DNA of 64,000 nucleotides from Acidobacteriota bacterium (lineage in GTDB: Bacteria > Acidobacteriota > UBA6911 > RPQK01 > JAJDTT01): contig CBDCJH010000002.1 in the NCBI GenBank assembly GCA_965217775.1, forward strand, positions 1,440,001-1,504,000, in the 5' to 3' direction. The notes beneath the pieces were generated by a model. That model ran no database searches and was not told the origin of the DNA. It saw only the letters and a list, made by a program, of their open reading frames with translations. Every line of letters begins with the position of its first letter. The stretch's first letter is position 1. The position numbers were made by a program, and so were the translations under genes. Below are positions 1-9,125 of this stretch, piece by piece.

Positions 1-1
1 T

Positions 2-889
2 CGCCAGTGTCCATTTGTAGGGAATGACCAGGGCGATGAGGGGAATCTCCTGCTGTTCGAGAAGCTTCTTCAACCGGTTCAGAGCCTCTACGGTATCCCC
101 CCAGGATCTCCGCAATGGTGGAGACTGTCGATCTTCGGGGAGAAGGGAAGCCAGAGCTCCGTCCACCGAGAGTCCGGCCTGCCGCGCATGCCGCAGGAAA
201 TAGCGCCGAGTCGAGCCGGGTTCGCCGGGTCTGATCTCCTGGAACCAGAGCGAGGCCCGAACCGCCCGTTCCTCCACCAGGCCGAAGCTCCGGAAACGCC
301 CGCGCAATTCGGCTCTGACGGGATTCAGAAAGACAGGTTGCAGGTCCGGAACGCCGGGGTCCAGATAGGGACGAAACAGGTCCTGCATGCTGCAGGTATG
401 GGCGAGTTCGACGCTGTTGTTGCAGAGATCGTTGAACGGAAAAACCTGGAGGACAACCACGTCCGGCTTCAGTTCCAGCCCCAGCGTCTGTAACGCGATC
501 AATTGCTGGTTGGTGCCCCAGTCTCCGACGGCCAGGTTGATGACCTCCCAGGACTCGCCCTCCCGGCTGAGCCAGTCCGCAAGCAGACCCGGGTACGTCT
601 GTTCGTAGGCCACGTTCATCCCTGCCGAGAACGAATCTCCCAGGTTCACCAGCCGCCGAGTTCCTTCCGGCTTGACCCGGCTCACCTGCGGGTAGCGGAA
701 ACCTCTGGAGTTCAGCCCGCCCACGCGCCGGTGAACCGGGTCCAACGTCCAGCCCAGATCCGGGTCGAAGCGATACCAGGGACTGGTGTTGGGATCATAG
801 TCAGAGACCCGCAATCCCATCTCGACGATCGCCAACACCACCGTTGTGGACGCCAGACCCAACAGGAGCTTGATCAATATGCTCTTCAT
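2..889 (-). CDS. SGNH/GDSL hydrolase family protein, membrane-anchored (3' end outside window)
   Basis: Read manually on the minus strand from ATG at 889: MKSILIKLLLGLASTTVVLAIVEMGLRV... then LGDSFSAG (block I) ... VINLAVGDWGTNQQL ... PDVVVLQVFPFNDL. Absent from the ORF track because it runs off the window edge. Confidence 0.8.
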   Translation of the reverse strand, partial: MKSILIKLLLGLASTTVVLAIVEMGLRVSDYDPNTSPWYRFDPDLGWTLDPVHRRVGGLNSRGFRYPQVSRVKPEGTRRLVNLGDSFSAGMNVAYEQTYPGLLADWLSREGESWEVINLAVGDWGTNQQLIALQTLGLELKPDVVVLQVFPFNDLCNNSVELAHTCSMQDLFRPYLDPGVPDLQPVFLNPVRAELRGRFRSFGLVEERAVRASLWFQEIRPGEPGSTRRYFLRHARQAGLSVDGALASLLPEDRQSPPLRRSWGDTVEALNRLKKLLEQQEIPLIALVIPYKWTLA

Positions 890-918
890 CGGAAAAGGTA
901 TCCTGAGCCGATGCCCGA

Positions 919-3843
919 TCAGGGCTCGCACTCCAGGGTGACCTCAGTCAGGATCGGTGAGTTCCCACCGTCGGGAGAAACCAGCAGCACCCGGTACTGG
1001 AGCCAAGAATGGCTTTCGGGAATCTGCTTCAGGGGATCTCCGGACGTCGAATAGAAAGAGCTGGAACCCTCGGGCCCCCTCCACGGAGAAGTTTCCAGAC
1101 CATCCTGCTGGGCAGCAGTGCGGACCTGGAACTCGAGTCCTGTCCCCAGTGGTGTCTGGCCAGACCAGAACAGGCGCTTGAAACGGGTTCCCGCAGGCGC
1201 CTCGACCGGGACGGAAATGAATTCCCACTTCGGTTCCCGGTCATAGACGTTGCCGGCATCGACCATGGCGTCCAGATGGACCCCCACGGTCGGCAGATGG
1301 GATCGATTGGAAGCGTTGAAGCCCTTTTCCGAACCCCAATAGATGTTGGTCCCTGCTGCATGATCGAAGAAGGTCTGATGGTTGGAAACCACCAGATCCA
1401 CCCATCCGTCCCGGTCCAGATCCAGAGAGTCCACCGCCGATGAGGAGGCGGCCTTTACCAGGGTCCGCCGAGCTCTCGAGTAGTTGCGGCTCCCGTCCCC
1501 CCAATAGACGAATGCGGGAATCTCCCGCGTCGTGGCCGACTTGTAGTTGGTGAGCGCGATATCCAGATGCCCGTCTTCATTGAAATCGGCGACGGAGGCG
1601 TCCAGGCTCGTGAATCCTTCCAGCGGAGTCGGTGGGGCCGAGGTGAGTCCGCCGGGACCTCCCCAGTAGATGAGAGCCGGCCCGTCCATGTCCCGGTACC
1701 GGGGACTGGCGCTGCTGGTGAACAGAACGTCGAGCCATCCGTCCCGGTCCAGGTCGGCGGGCACGGCATGGGCGGCGCCATGGGCGTCCAGCAGGAGATG
1801 GTTCTCCTTTCCGTATCCGCCGGGGCCGCCCCAGACGATCTCCGACTGGTCCCCATAGCTCATGGGAAAGATGAGGTCCAAGTGGCCGTCCCGATTGAGA
1901 TCGGCGATGGCGGAGGCCTCCAGCAAATTGTCGTGAAGGTCCCATTGGGTCGTGCGGGGCGATTCGAACCGGCCCGCGTCACCCCAGACGATGGTGGCCG
2001 CTTCGATGTCCTTGCGGCCGGAGCGGCCGGGGCCGGTAAAGAGGAGGTCCAGGTAACCGTCCCGGTTCAGATCGGCAATGTTGTTGCTGCTGGGACGTTG
2101 GACCTGCAGCCGGGTGCGGCGGTTGGCGTCGTAGCCTTCGGGCCCGCCCCACCAGATGGCCGGCCCCTCGCGATGAACCAGGAGCAGGTCTGGAAAGTCG
2201 TCATCGTCCAGATCGGCGATGCTGTACTCCATCATTCCACCCGGCCTCAAAAGCGTGAGCGAGGAATCCCCGTATTGGCGCCGGGATTCGCCCCAGAAGA
2301 TGGCCGTGGGAAGGATATCGGTGTGACTGCTCAAATGGTTGACCAGCAGGATGTCCGGCCAACCGTTTCCGTCCAGGTCGGCGACCCCTGAACCGGCGAC
2401 GCCGAAACCCAGGAGCTTCGTGCGCCGGTGTTGGGAGAAGCCCTGGCCGCTTCCCCAGTAGACGAAGGAGGGGGCGTCGGCAGTGGATTGGCCCCGGCTG
2501 TTGCCGAACAGGAGATCGGGAAAGCCGTCAAGGTTCAGATCGGCCGCTTGAACCGTAGTCGCGGCCAAAGTGGGGAGGGGCGTGCGTTCCCCGGGGCTGA
2601 ATCCCGCTTCCGTGCCCCAGAAAATCTCCGACGCCGGCGGCGATTCCCGGCGTCCTCCCTGGTTGGCGAAAACCAGATCGATCCTGCCGTCGTCGTTGAG
2701 ATCCACGGCGGCCAGCCCCTGACAAGAATCTGCCGGGAGCCGGATCGAGTTCCGGGTGTCGAGACCACTGGAGGATCCGAAAAACACCACGCCGTTGGAA
2801 CTGCCGGCGGCGACCAGGTCGTCGGTGCCGTCTCCATTCAGATCCGTAGCCAGGAGCGTGCTCATTCCGTCGTGTAGCCGCTTGCCCTCCTTCACTCCTT
2901 CCTCCAGGTAGAGGTCTTCGCGATCGAGGATCTGACGCCGCTCGGGCACGAAGAGTCCCTCACCGTCTCCCCAATAGACAAAACCGTTCCGGACCTGGCT
3001 GTTGTGGTTGGCGAAAGCCAGGTCCGGGGAGCCGTCGCCGTTGAAATCTCCGACGGCTACATCCTGCGCGGTAATGCTGGGAACCGAACTGCGGCGATCC
3101 GGATGGAAGCCAGTGACGCTCCCCCAGTAGATGTACGATTCCAGGTGCATGCGTAGCCCGAGCGATTCTCCGAGTTCATCTCCCCGATTGGCCACGACCA
3201 GGTCAGGGAAACCGTCCCCGTTCAGGTCTCCCGACGCCACACCGCCCGCCCGGTAGGCCGGCAACTGCGTGTGACTCCCGAGACCGTATCCGGACGGTCC
3301 TCCCCAGTAGATGTCCACGTCCTGGTCCGGCCGGTAGTTGTGCATGAAATTGGCGATGACGATGTCGGGGAACCCATCCAGATTCAGGTCCGAAATCAAG
3401 CCGCGGCCACCTCCCTGGGTGGGCAGCCGGCTGAAATGGGAGGCGGCATCGTCCAGATACTTCAAGATGGAGAAGGGGGCTCGGAGCTCCCACAAATCGG
3501 GCATCAGCGACCGGAAGCCCTCGGGTCCTCCCCAGTAGATGAGGGAGTCGGGATTGTAGACGCTGTTGTGGTCCTGCGTGAAGACCAGGTCCAACTCGCC
3601 ATCCCGGTTCAGATCGAGCCGGTTGACGGTCTGGAGTCGCCCCTTACGGGAAATGTAGGTGTTCGCCCCCGCGTCTCCGAGACTCCCCCTGCTCAAGAGT
3701 TCGAAACCTTCGTGGCGGATCCGGTGGATCCCGGACTCGGAATGCAGGTTCAAGGAGAATGCCGCCGTCATAACCAGCGCCAGCCGGAATCCTGAAGCTG
3801 ACGAGAAGTGTTTCCAGCAGTGGCGAAGCGGCCGCAATCCCAT
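919..3843 (-). CDS. FG-GAP/VCBS repeat protein (large secreted beta-propeller)
   Basis: 974-aa ORF with many DLNxDGxxDL motifs alternating with YWG motifs; N-terminal hydrophobic segment. Confidence 0.85.
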   Translation of the reverse strand: MGLRPLRHCWKHFSSASGFRLALVMTAAFSLNLHSESGIHRIRHEGFELLSRGSLGDAGANTYISRKGRLQTVNRLDLNRDGELDLVFTQDHNSVYNPDSLIYWGGPEGFRSLMPDLWELRAPFSILKYLDDAASHFSRLPTQGGGRGLISDLNLDGFPDIVIANFMHNYRPDQDVDIYWGGPSGYGLGSHTQLPAYRAGGVASGDLNGDGFPDLVVANRGDELGESLGLRMHLESYIYWGSVTGFHPDRRSSVPSITAQDVAVGDFNGDGSPDLAFANHNSQVRNGFVYWGDGEGLFVPERRQILDREDLYLEEGVKEGKRLHDGMSTLLATDLNGDGTDDLVAAGSSNGVVFFGSSSGLDTRNSIRLPADSCQGLAAVDLNDDGRIDLVFANQGGRRESPPASEIFWGTEAGFSPGERTPLPTLAATTVQAADLNLDGFPDLLFGNSRGQSTADAPSFVYWGSGQGFSQHRRTKLLGFGVAGSGVADLDGNGWPDILLVNHLSSHTDILPTAIFWGESRRQYGDSSLTLLRPGGMMEYSIADLDDDDFPDLLLVHREGPAIWWGGPEGYDANRRTRLQVQRPSSNNIADLNRDGYLDLLFTGPGRSGRKDIEAATIVWGDAGRFESPRTTQWDLHDNLLEASAIADLNRDGHLDLIFPMSYGDQSEIVWGGPGGYGKENHLLLDAHGAAHAVPADLDRDGWLDVLFTSSASPRYRDMDGPALIYWGGPGGLTSAPPTPLEGFTSLDASVADFNEDGHLDIALTNYKSATTREIPAFVYWGDGSRNYSRARRTLVKAASSSAVDSLDLDRDGWVDLVVSNHQTFFDHAAGTNIYWGSEKGFNASNRSHLPTVGVHLDAMVDAGNVYDREPKWEFISVPVEAPAGTRFKRLFWSGQTPLGTGLEFQVRTAAQQDGLETSPWRGPEGSSSFYSTSGDPLKQIPESHSWLQYRVLLVSPDGGNSPILTEVTLECEP

Positions 3844-3975
3844 TGTCTCTCTCCCCTCCGTCGGGTTCTGCGATAGTTCCGCACTTGTTTAACAGATCCC
3901 GGTTGGCGGGGGAACGAAAACAGCGAATTATCAACAGGAACAGACAGCCGGGTCAGAGAAGAGAGTTGGAAGGAT

Positions 3976-4003
3976 GTAGGGGCCGGTCGGATGACCGGCC
4001 CCT
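3976..4003 (+). repeat. GTAG-footed REP-like hairpin
   Basis: gtAGGGGCCGGTC-ggat-GACCGGCCCCT: 11-bp perfect stem overlapping a 5' GTAG; no U-tract on the minus (gene) strand. Confidence 0.55.
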
Positions 4004-4019
4004 TGGGATGGGATTCGAA

Positions 4020-4274
4020 CTATCTACACCAGCGCATGCAGGAGCTGTATTGCCGGTTGCAAATCCTCTTCTGGAATTCAAGGACAAACTGGCATTGTGC
4101 TTCTTCCCCGAATCGTTTGCACCTTCGATAGGCTTCATGAGCCGCGGATGAACACCACTCGTAGCGGGCCCAGCAGACGACTTTACAGGCCCATGTGCCC
4201 GCATCTGCGGGTAGGGTTGCAACCGATGCTTGTAGAATGAACAACGTGATCATGAGTGTGGCAATGAGTTTCAT
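4020..4274 (-). CDS. Small secreted cysteine-rich peptide (8 Cys, symmetric spacing)
   Basis: AAGGA RBS, signal peptide MKLIATLMITLFILQASVATLPADA, 8 Cys in the ~59-aa mature part; 18 bp downstream of the ankyrin gene. Confidence 0.75.
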   Translation of the reverse strand: MKLIATLMITLFILQASVATLPADAGTWACKVVCWARYEWCSSAAHEAYRRCKRFGEEAQCQFVLEFQKRICNRQYSSCMRWCR

Positions 4275-4292
4275 TGATTTTCCTTCTTTCTG

Positions 4293-5141
4293 TTATTCAG
4301 TTTGTTGCCGGCGGATCTCGGAGGCGAACTCCGGCCCCACGGTCGCCTCTAGCAGTGTCGCTCGAATTTGAGCGTCCATGAGATGGTGCTCCATGAAACT
4401 GTCCAGTAGATCCTTAGCTCGTGGATGAGCAGCCAGATAGTCGTCCACCGAGACACCTAATTCGTTCGCTGCTCGAGCAATGTCGTTATAGGTGTCGAGG
4501 TGGGAGGTGGCTACCGAGGATCGGAGGCGGACATACTTCCAAGGCGGCAGGCCATCTTCAGTTTCTGCTTGGAGGTCGGCTCCGGCTTCCAACAACGTTT
4601 TGACGATCTCCAGGTTCTCGGCAGAGGGCCGGGGAACAATGCTCTGCAGGTGCAATGGCGTGGCGCCATAATCATCCGTGGCATTGACGTCCGCTCCCGC
4701 GTCCAACAGTGCCCGAACCTGATCCGGGGTGTGGGCCATATGCAGAGGCGTCTTGCCTTCACAGCCCCCGAGCCGGCTCGTATCCGGCTTGGGATTGCCG
4801 TCAAGTGCGGCCTTGAACAGCAGGCCGTAACAACCCCCGATCTCACCTGCGACGGAGTAGAGTGCAGTCTTCACCTGTTCGCCGAAGTCTTCGTCTTCCC
4901 CGTCGCGTTTCAGACCCTCCAATCTCGCAAGGTCGGGACAGCCTTCGCATTCCTCGACCGGCAAGGGGAGGGGTCTCCGCTTTGGTTGGGTGGAAGGGGC
5001 GGAACTCTCGGACTGCCCCTTCAGGGGTTGTTGTGGAGGATCACCTACCGGTACTGGCTCGGTGTCCTCCCAACCCCACCAGAGAATCAACAGCAGGGGA
5101 ATGAGCACAATCATTCCCAGTTTCCAATGCTTTGTGGTCAT
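4293..5141 (-). CDS. Membrane-anchored ankyrin repeat protein
   Basis: N-terminal TM helix, Pro-rich linker, CEGC, ankyrin motifs GKTPLH...LLDAGADVNATDDYGATPLH...LLEAGADL; AAGGAG RBS. Confidence 0.85.
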   Translation of the reverse strand: MTTKHWKLGMIVLIPLLLILWWGWEDTEPVPVGDPPQQPLKGQSESSAPSTQPKRRPLPLPVEECEGCPDLARLEGLKRDGEDEDFGEQVKTALYSVAGEIGGCYGLLFKAALDGNPKPDTSRLGGCEGKTPLHMAHTPDQVRALLDAGADVNATDDYGATPLHLQSIVPRPSAENLEIVKTLLEAGADLQAETEDGLPPWKYVRLRSSVATSHLDTYNDIARAANELGVSVDDYLAAHPRAKDLLDSFMEHHLMDAQIRATLLEATVGPEFASEIRRQQTE

Positions 5142-5252
5142 GGATCGGAACTCCTTTCGTTAGGAAGGGCGTCCTGAGCAGATAAGATCGAGGCTGGATA
5201 AGTATAATGTCGCAAGATTAGCTCCTCCTTCTACACAGGACGAGTTGGTTTA

Positions 5253-5286
5253 GAGCCTGTCGAATGTAGCCCCATTCGACAGGCTC
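5253..5286. repeat. Perfect 14-bp inverted repeat (REP-like hairpin)
   Basis: GAGCCTGTCGAATG-tagccc-CATTCGACAGGCTC. Confidence 0.6.
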
Positions 5287-5658
5287 GAATCAGAAGCGGA
5301 AAACCTTAGCAAGGTGAGTAGAGACTCGCGATACTATTGTGAGCCTCATCCGCTTCCTGGAAATTCAACTTAGTGTCTCCAAGCACCCATTTGTCTCCGC
5401 ACGGGAATTCTGTGGAGACACCATATGGCCGGGAAAAATGACAGGGTGACGAGCCGTTTTGATTTGATTTTCATAGTTCCTCCCTTGTAGAACGATGCCT
5501 TCGGCGTACCCCGATGCGAGACTGCCGGGAAACCCGTCGGCGATCGCTCGGGATTTTCCGAGCGTCATATAGGAACTAACGAGCAAGCAGAAAAATGCGT
5601 GAGAGAAGTTTCGACAGTGGCTTTCCAGATACCCGATACCGGAGATGGAATGGTAAGT

Positions 5659-5689
5659 GGGGAATGGGGGACAAGACTGTCCCCCCTCC
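5659..5689 (-). repeat. REP-like palindrome, near-identical copy at 35118
   Basis: Reverse complement ggaggggggacagtcttgtcccccattcccc versus ggaggggggacatccttgtcccccattcccc at 35118. Confidence 0.7.
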
Positions 5690-5773
5690 AGTCGCCCTCT
5701 CCAAAAGACGAGAGAGCACCCACGAGGAGCGCGCCTGCAAATTTCTATGAAATCCGCGGGAGTTTCGGAACGG

Positions 5774-7036
5774 CTATACGGCCACGGCCTCCAGGTTGCC
5801 GTGCCCGTCGAAGGCCATGGCGTCGGGCCCCGAGAGCACTTCCAAATCGGAGCGTTCCTGGACCTCGGGGGTGTACTTTTCGCTGACCAGGACCTCGCCC
5901 AGCTTCAACGTGTTGGCAATCTGGATGATCCCCGAATCGGCCGGGTCGACCAGGCCCACGGTCTCCAGGATGGCGAGCATGGCTTCCTGATCCGTATCGA
6001 AGGCGATGGGAACCGCGGCGGCGGACGGGTGTCCTCCGGTGAGAGCGTTGATCCGGGTCGCCACCAGATTCGCCTGGTCCACGGTCCTCTGGTTGGTCAC
6101 CTCGGCCATGCCGATGCCGCAGGCGTTGCCATGGGTCTCCGGAGTCAGCCCCCGTATGAAGATGCGCTTGCAATTGACCGTATCGTCTTCCGTGGCTCCG
6201 TGGTCGTTGAACTTGCGCCCCACGACGTTGGTGTCCATGCCGGAGCCGGAGATGTTCTTGCCGATCTGGTCGATCACCAGAAGATCCACTTCGGGGAAGG
6301 GAAGACGGGGCATCCACTGCTGGGCCAGCTTGAGAAGCTCCTTTTCCCGTTCGAAGAATCGATCCGGGGCAACCGCCTCGATGAGAGCTGTCTCATCGTA
6401 GGCGTTCTCCACGATGGCCAGTCCAGCAGCGACGCGGCACTTGGCCAGGATGACGTCGGCGACGGCCAGGATGATCTCCAGAAAGCTGAAGTCCTTGATG
6501 GCCCGATGGTAGATCTTGGCGCCCCGGTGTTTGCCCAGGCCGATGAGCATCATCTTGTGAAGCCCCGACTCGATGGGACCCACGAACCCGGTATGGGGCT
6601 TGACCCGGCCGCAGACGATGACGTGGTCGGCCTCGTAGGCATGGCGGTCGAAATGGACGGGAATGCCCTGGGGAGTCGTGTCCACGATGACCGTCTCCAT
6701 GGAGGAGCGGATCGGGGCTCCGGTGTATTCCTCGGTGACACCGTAGCTGTGAAGAATCTCCTGTTGTCCTTCGGCGGTGCCGCCGCCATGACTGCCCATG
6801 GCCGGAACCACGAACGGTTCTGCTCCGATCTCCTTGAGCTGCCGGGTAGCCGCCTTGACGATAGAGGCGATATTGGCGATACCGCGGCTGCCGGCCGTGA
6901 TGGCCACGCTTTCCCCGGGACGAATCTTGTTCCCGAGTTCAAGTGCGGCCAACTGTGAGCAGGTCTCATGCTCCACGTCGGCGAGCTCCGGCCCTTCGAA
7001 CTTCTGACTCAAACGCAACATTCTGGGAAACGACAT
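5774..7036 (-). CDS. Lactate racemase-like (LarA/DUF2088) nickel-pincer-dependent isomerase
   Basis: Motifs AITAGSRGI, PAMGSHGG, RVKPHT, ESGLHKM..IGLGK, GKNISGSGMDTNVVGR. Confidence 0.8.
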   Translation of the reverse strand: MSFPRMLRLSQKFEGPELADVEHETCSQLAALELGNKIRPGESVAITAGSRGIANIASIVKAATRQLKEIGAEPFVVPAMGSHGGGTAEGQQEILHSYGVTEEYTGAPIRSSMETVIVDTTPQGIPVHFDRHAYEADHVIVCGRVKPHTGFVGPIESGLHKMMLIGLGKHRGAKIYHRAIKDFSFLEIILAVADVILAKCRVAAGLAIVENAYDETALIEAVAPDRFFEREKELLKLAQQWMPRLPFPEVDLLVIDQIGKNISGSGMDTNVVGRKFNDHGATEDDTVNCKRIFIRGLTPETHGNACGIGMAEVTNQRTVDQANLVATRINALTGGHPSAAAVPIAFDTDQEAMLAILETVGLVDPADSGIIQIANTLKLGEVLVSEKYTPEVQERSDLEVLSGPDAMAFDGHGNLEAVAV

Positions 7037-7131
7037 CTGGAACTCCCTTCAGGCCGTCCGCGCCGTCCATGGATCGGAAACTGAACTTCCACCTGATATA
7101 TCACTCCCGGGGCCAATTTCAAACCATCAGG

Positions 7132-8706
7132 CTAACGAACGAACTGGAAGGCGTAGAGCTTGGAGTTTCTGAATTTGATGTGCAGCCGGACTTCCCGGCC
7201 GGCCAAGCCCGACACGTCCGTCCGTCCCTTCCACGAAACCGGGAAAGCGACGTCGTTCCCGTTCATGGGGTCGGCGTCCTCCAATGCGAACCCTGGAATT
7301 GGCCGGCCCTGAGGGTCCCGGATCTCCACCAGCGCTTCGCCACCCGCGCTCGTATCCAGGTTCAACTCCAGCTTGCTGCCGCCAAAGCGGATGAGGGGAG
7401 TCGAGAGCCAACCTCCCCGGTAGCCGGCGTCCGCAGAGACGAACCCGTCGAGGCGGAGGATGGCTCGGGAGACGGCCGACCGGTGCCCGCCGGGATCGGG
7501 GTCGACGCGGTCGGCGTGGTCCCAGTTGGTCCCCACGTAGTAGATCCAGATCTCGTTGCCCATGCGGATGGGCCGCGGCATTCCCCACACCCACTTGGAT
7601 CCGAAGCTGCCGGCGTGACCCAGGCGCAGAAACGACTGGCGCTCCCCCAAGCGTTGGAAATTCCGGCCGTCGCGGCTCACCGCCAGTTGGACGTCCGCCG
7701 TTGTGGGATGGAGATGCCGGTAGTGATAGTAGATGGGAATCATGGCGAAGTAGGCATCCTGGGCCTCCGCGTAGCGAAAGACACCCGTCCCGTAAAAGTC
7801 CAACGACAGAGGACCGACGACGGTGTAGCCGGGTCCGAAAACGGTCTCGACCTGCTGGGCCTTCTCGGAGGCGCGCGACTGTTGGCGCCGGGGCAGGAAA
7901 TCGACCAGGGGCGCCAAGTCCCGGGCATCGGGCAAGAGGACGATTTCGAAGTTCTCCCAGTGGGTCATGTCGTCCGACTCGTTGTACCCGATCATCCGGG
8001 GATGGACTTCCCGGCTGTAGCCCCGATAGCGTCCGATGGTGGGGTCCCAAAACCAGGTGGGCTGCGTATCGGCAGCCCGCAGTCCCGTGGGGAGCGTCTC
8101 CTCCAGATGCCATCGAAGCCCGTCCGCCGAGTACCAGAAGGCGTTCCCCCCCTTGCGCGTTCCCGGAATGGTGTAGAGCTTGGACCAGGACCGGTACCGT
8201 TTTTCGGCCGGCGTGCCGGGATTGTCGTCCCTGCCGACCGACCCACCGCCCACGGTCATCACCGAAAGGTCGGTGGGCATGACCAGGTTGTTCTCCCGGG
8301 ATCCGTCCTTCTCCACCAGACCCAACACCGGCTTCCTGAACCGGATGCCGTCGGTCGACTCGGCGTAGCAGAGGGCACGGAAACCCTGGCGGGGCCGGCC
8401 TGCACCCGTATACAGATCGTACCAGAGGCGAATCCGGACGCCCTCCGGCCCTTCTTCCTTCATCACGCTGCAATAGACGTGGATCTTCGCACCCTCTTCC
8501 CACGGCTGGTCCACCACGACCAGAGGTTCACCCGTCTGGTAAGGGGGATTCATGCGGAGGGTGATTCCGTCGCTGGATTCGATGAAGCGATGGTCGACGA
8601 AGAGTTGCTTCTGGTCTCCGACCTCCAACGCCTGACCCGCCAGGGGTGGGACAAGAGATCCGGCCAAGAGGAGCAGGCCGTTGAGAACGGCGATAGGGTT
8701 AGTCAT
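7132..8706 (-). CDS. Secreted glycoside hydrolase-like beta-propeller protein (GH32/43/130-like fold)
   Basis: Signal peptide from MTNPIAV; KQLFVD, YAESTDGIRFRKP, EIWIYY, LRLDGFVS; paralogs at 19151 and 47047. Start placed at 8706 to avoid overlap with the divergent gene. Confidence 0.7.
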   Translation of the reverse strand: MTNPIAVLNGLLLLAGSLVPPLAGQALEVGDQKQLFVDHRFIESSDGITLRMNPPYQTGEPLVVVDQPWEEGAKIHVYCSVMKEEGPEGVRIRLWYDLYTGAGRPRQGFRALCYAESTDGIRFRKPVLGLVEKDGSRENNLVMPTDLSVMTVGGGSVGRDDNPGTPAEKRYRSWSKLYTIPGTRKGGNAFWYSADGLRWHLEETLPTGLRAADTQPTWFWDPTIGRYRGYSREVHPRMIGYNESDDMTHWENFEIVLLPDARDLAPLVDFLPRRQQSRASEKAQQVETVFGPGYTVVGPLSLDFYGTGVFRYAEAQDAYFAMIPIYYHYRHLHPTTADVQLAVSRDGRNFQRLGERQSFLRLGHAGSFGSKWVWGMPRPIRMGNEIWIYYVGTNWDHADRVDPDPGGHRSAVSRAILRLDGFVSADAGYRGGWLSTPLIRFGGSKLELNLDTSAGGEALVEIRDPQGRPIPGFALEDADPMNGNDVAFPVSWKGRTDVSGLAGREVRLHIKFRNSKLYAFQFVR

Positions 8707-8769
8707 AGTACAGCTCTCGGTAGCGGAGAAACGCAGCCTCGACAATAAGGGGAATAAGGAAAACATGGA

Positions 8770-9084
8770 ATGATCGCTCTTCTGGTCACGATCCGGATTC
8801 AGCCTCCCCATCGGGAGGCTTTCATGGAGGCCATGCTAGACGATGCCAGCCACTCGGTCCAGGATGAGCCCGGCTGCCTGAGATTCGACGTGCTGGAGGA
8901 TGTGGACGACCCGAACCGGATCTTTCTCTACGAAGTCTATCGGGACGAGGAGGCACTGGAAGCCCATCGCCAAGCGCCCCATTTCCTGCGCTGGAAACAC
9001 ACGACTCGCAACTGGTTCGACGGTGAGCTGGTAGTGGAACAGGCCACGCCGGTGTATCCGGCTGCCGAGGACTGGGACGGTTGA
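8770..9084 (+). CDS. Putative quinol monooxygenase (ABM/LsrG-like)
   Basis: 104 aa, EPGCLRFDV, IFLYEVY..EEALEAHRQAPHF. Confidence 0.85.
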   Translation: MIALLVTIRIQPPHREAFMEAMLDDASHSVQDEPGCLRFDVLEDVDDPNRIFLYEVYRDEEALEAHRQAPHFLRWKHTTRNWFDGELVVEQATPVYPAAEDWDG

Positions 9085-9125
9085 CCACTACTTGGAGGAC
9101 ATCGTTCCCGAGCGGCCGGCGCGGC

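Noticed and set aside
4005-4020. GGGATTCGAAC, resembling a tRNA T-arm on the minus strand (possible att site)
   Set aside because: No cloverleaf, no CCA end, no second copy and no integrase; a short chance match.
4020-4274. Cys-rich peptide as a RiPP precursor (ranthipeptide/lanthipeptide)
   Set aside because: It has a Sec-pathway signal peptide and no radical SAM, LanM or peptidase-transporter gene nearby; disulfide bonding is the simpler explanation.
5365-5586. 73-aa ORF in the AT-richer intergenic region
   Set aside because: No RBS or motif; cannot be supported as a gene.
6943-8748. Long plus-strand ORF (601 aa), and similar ones at 14264, 16214, 19082, 30482, 33098 and 47095
   Set aside because: Antisense shadows of well-supported genes, typical of high-GC DNA; no motifs.
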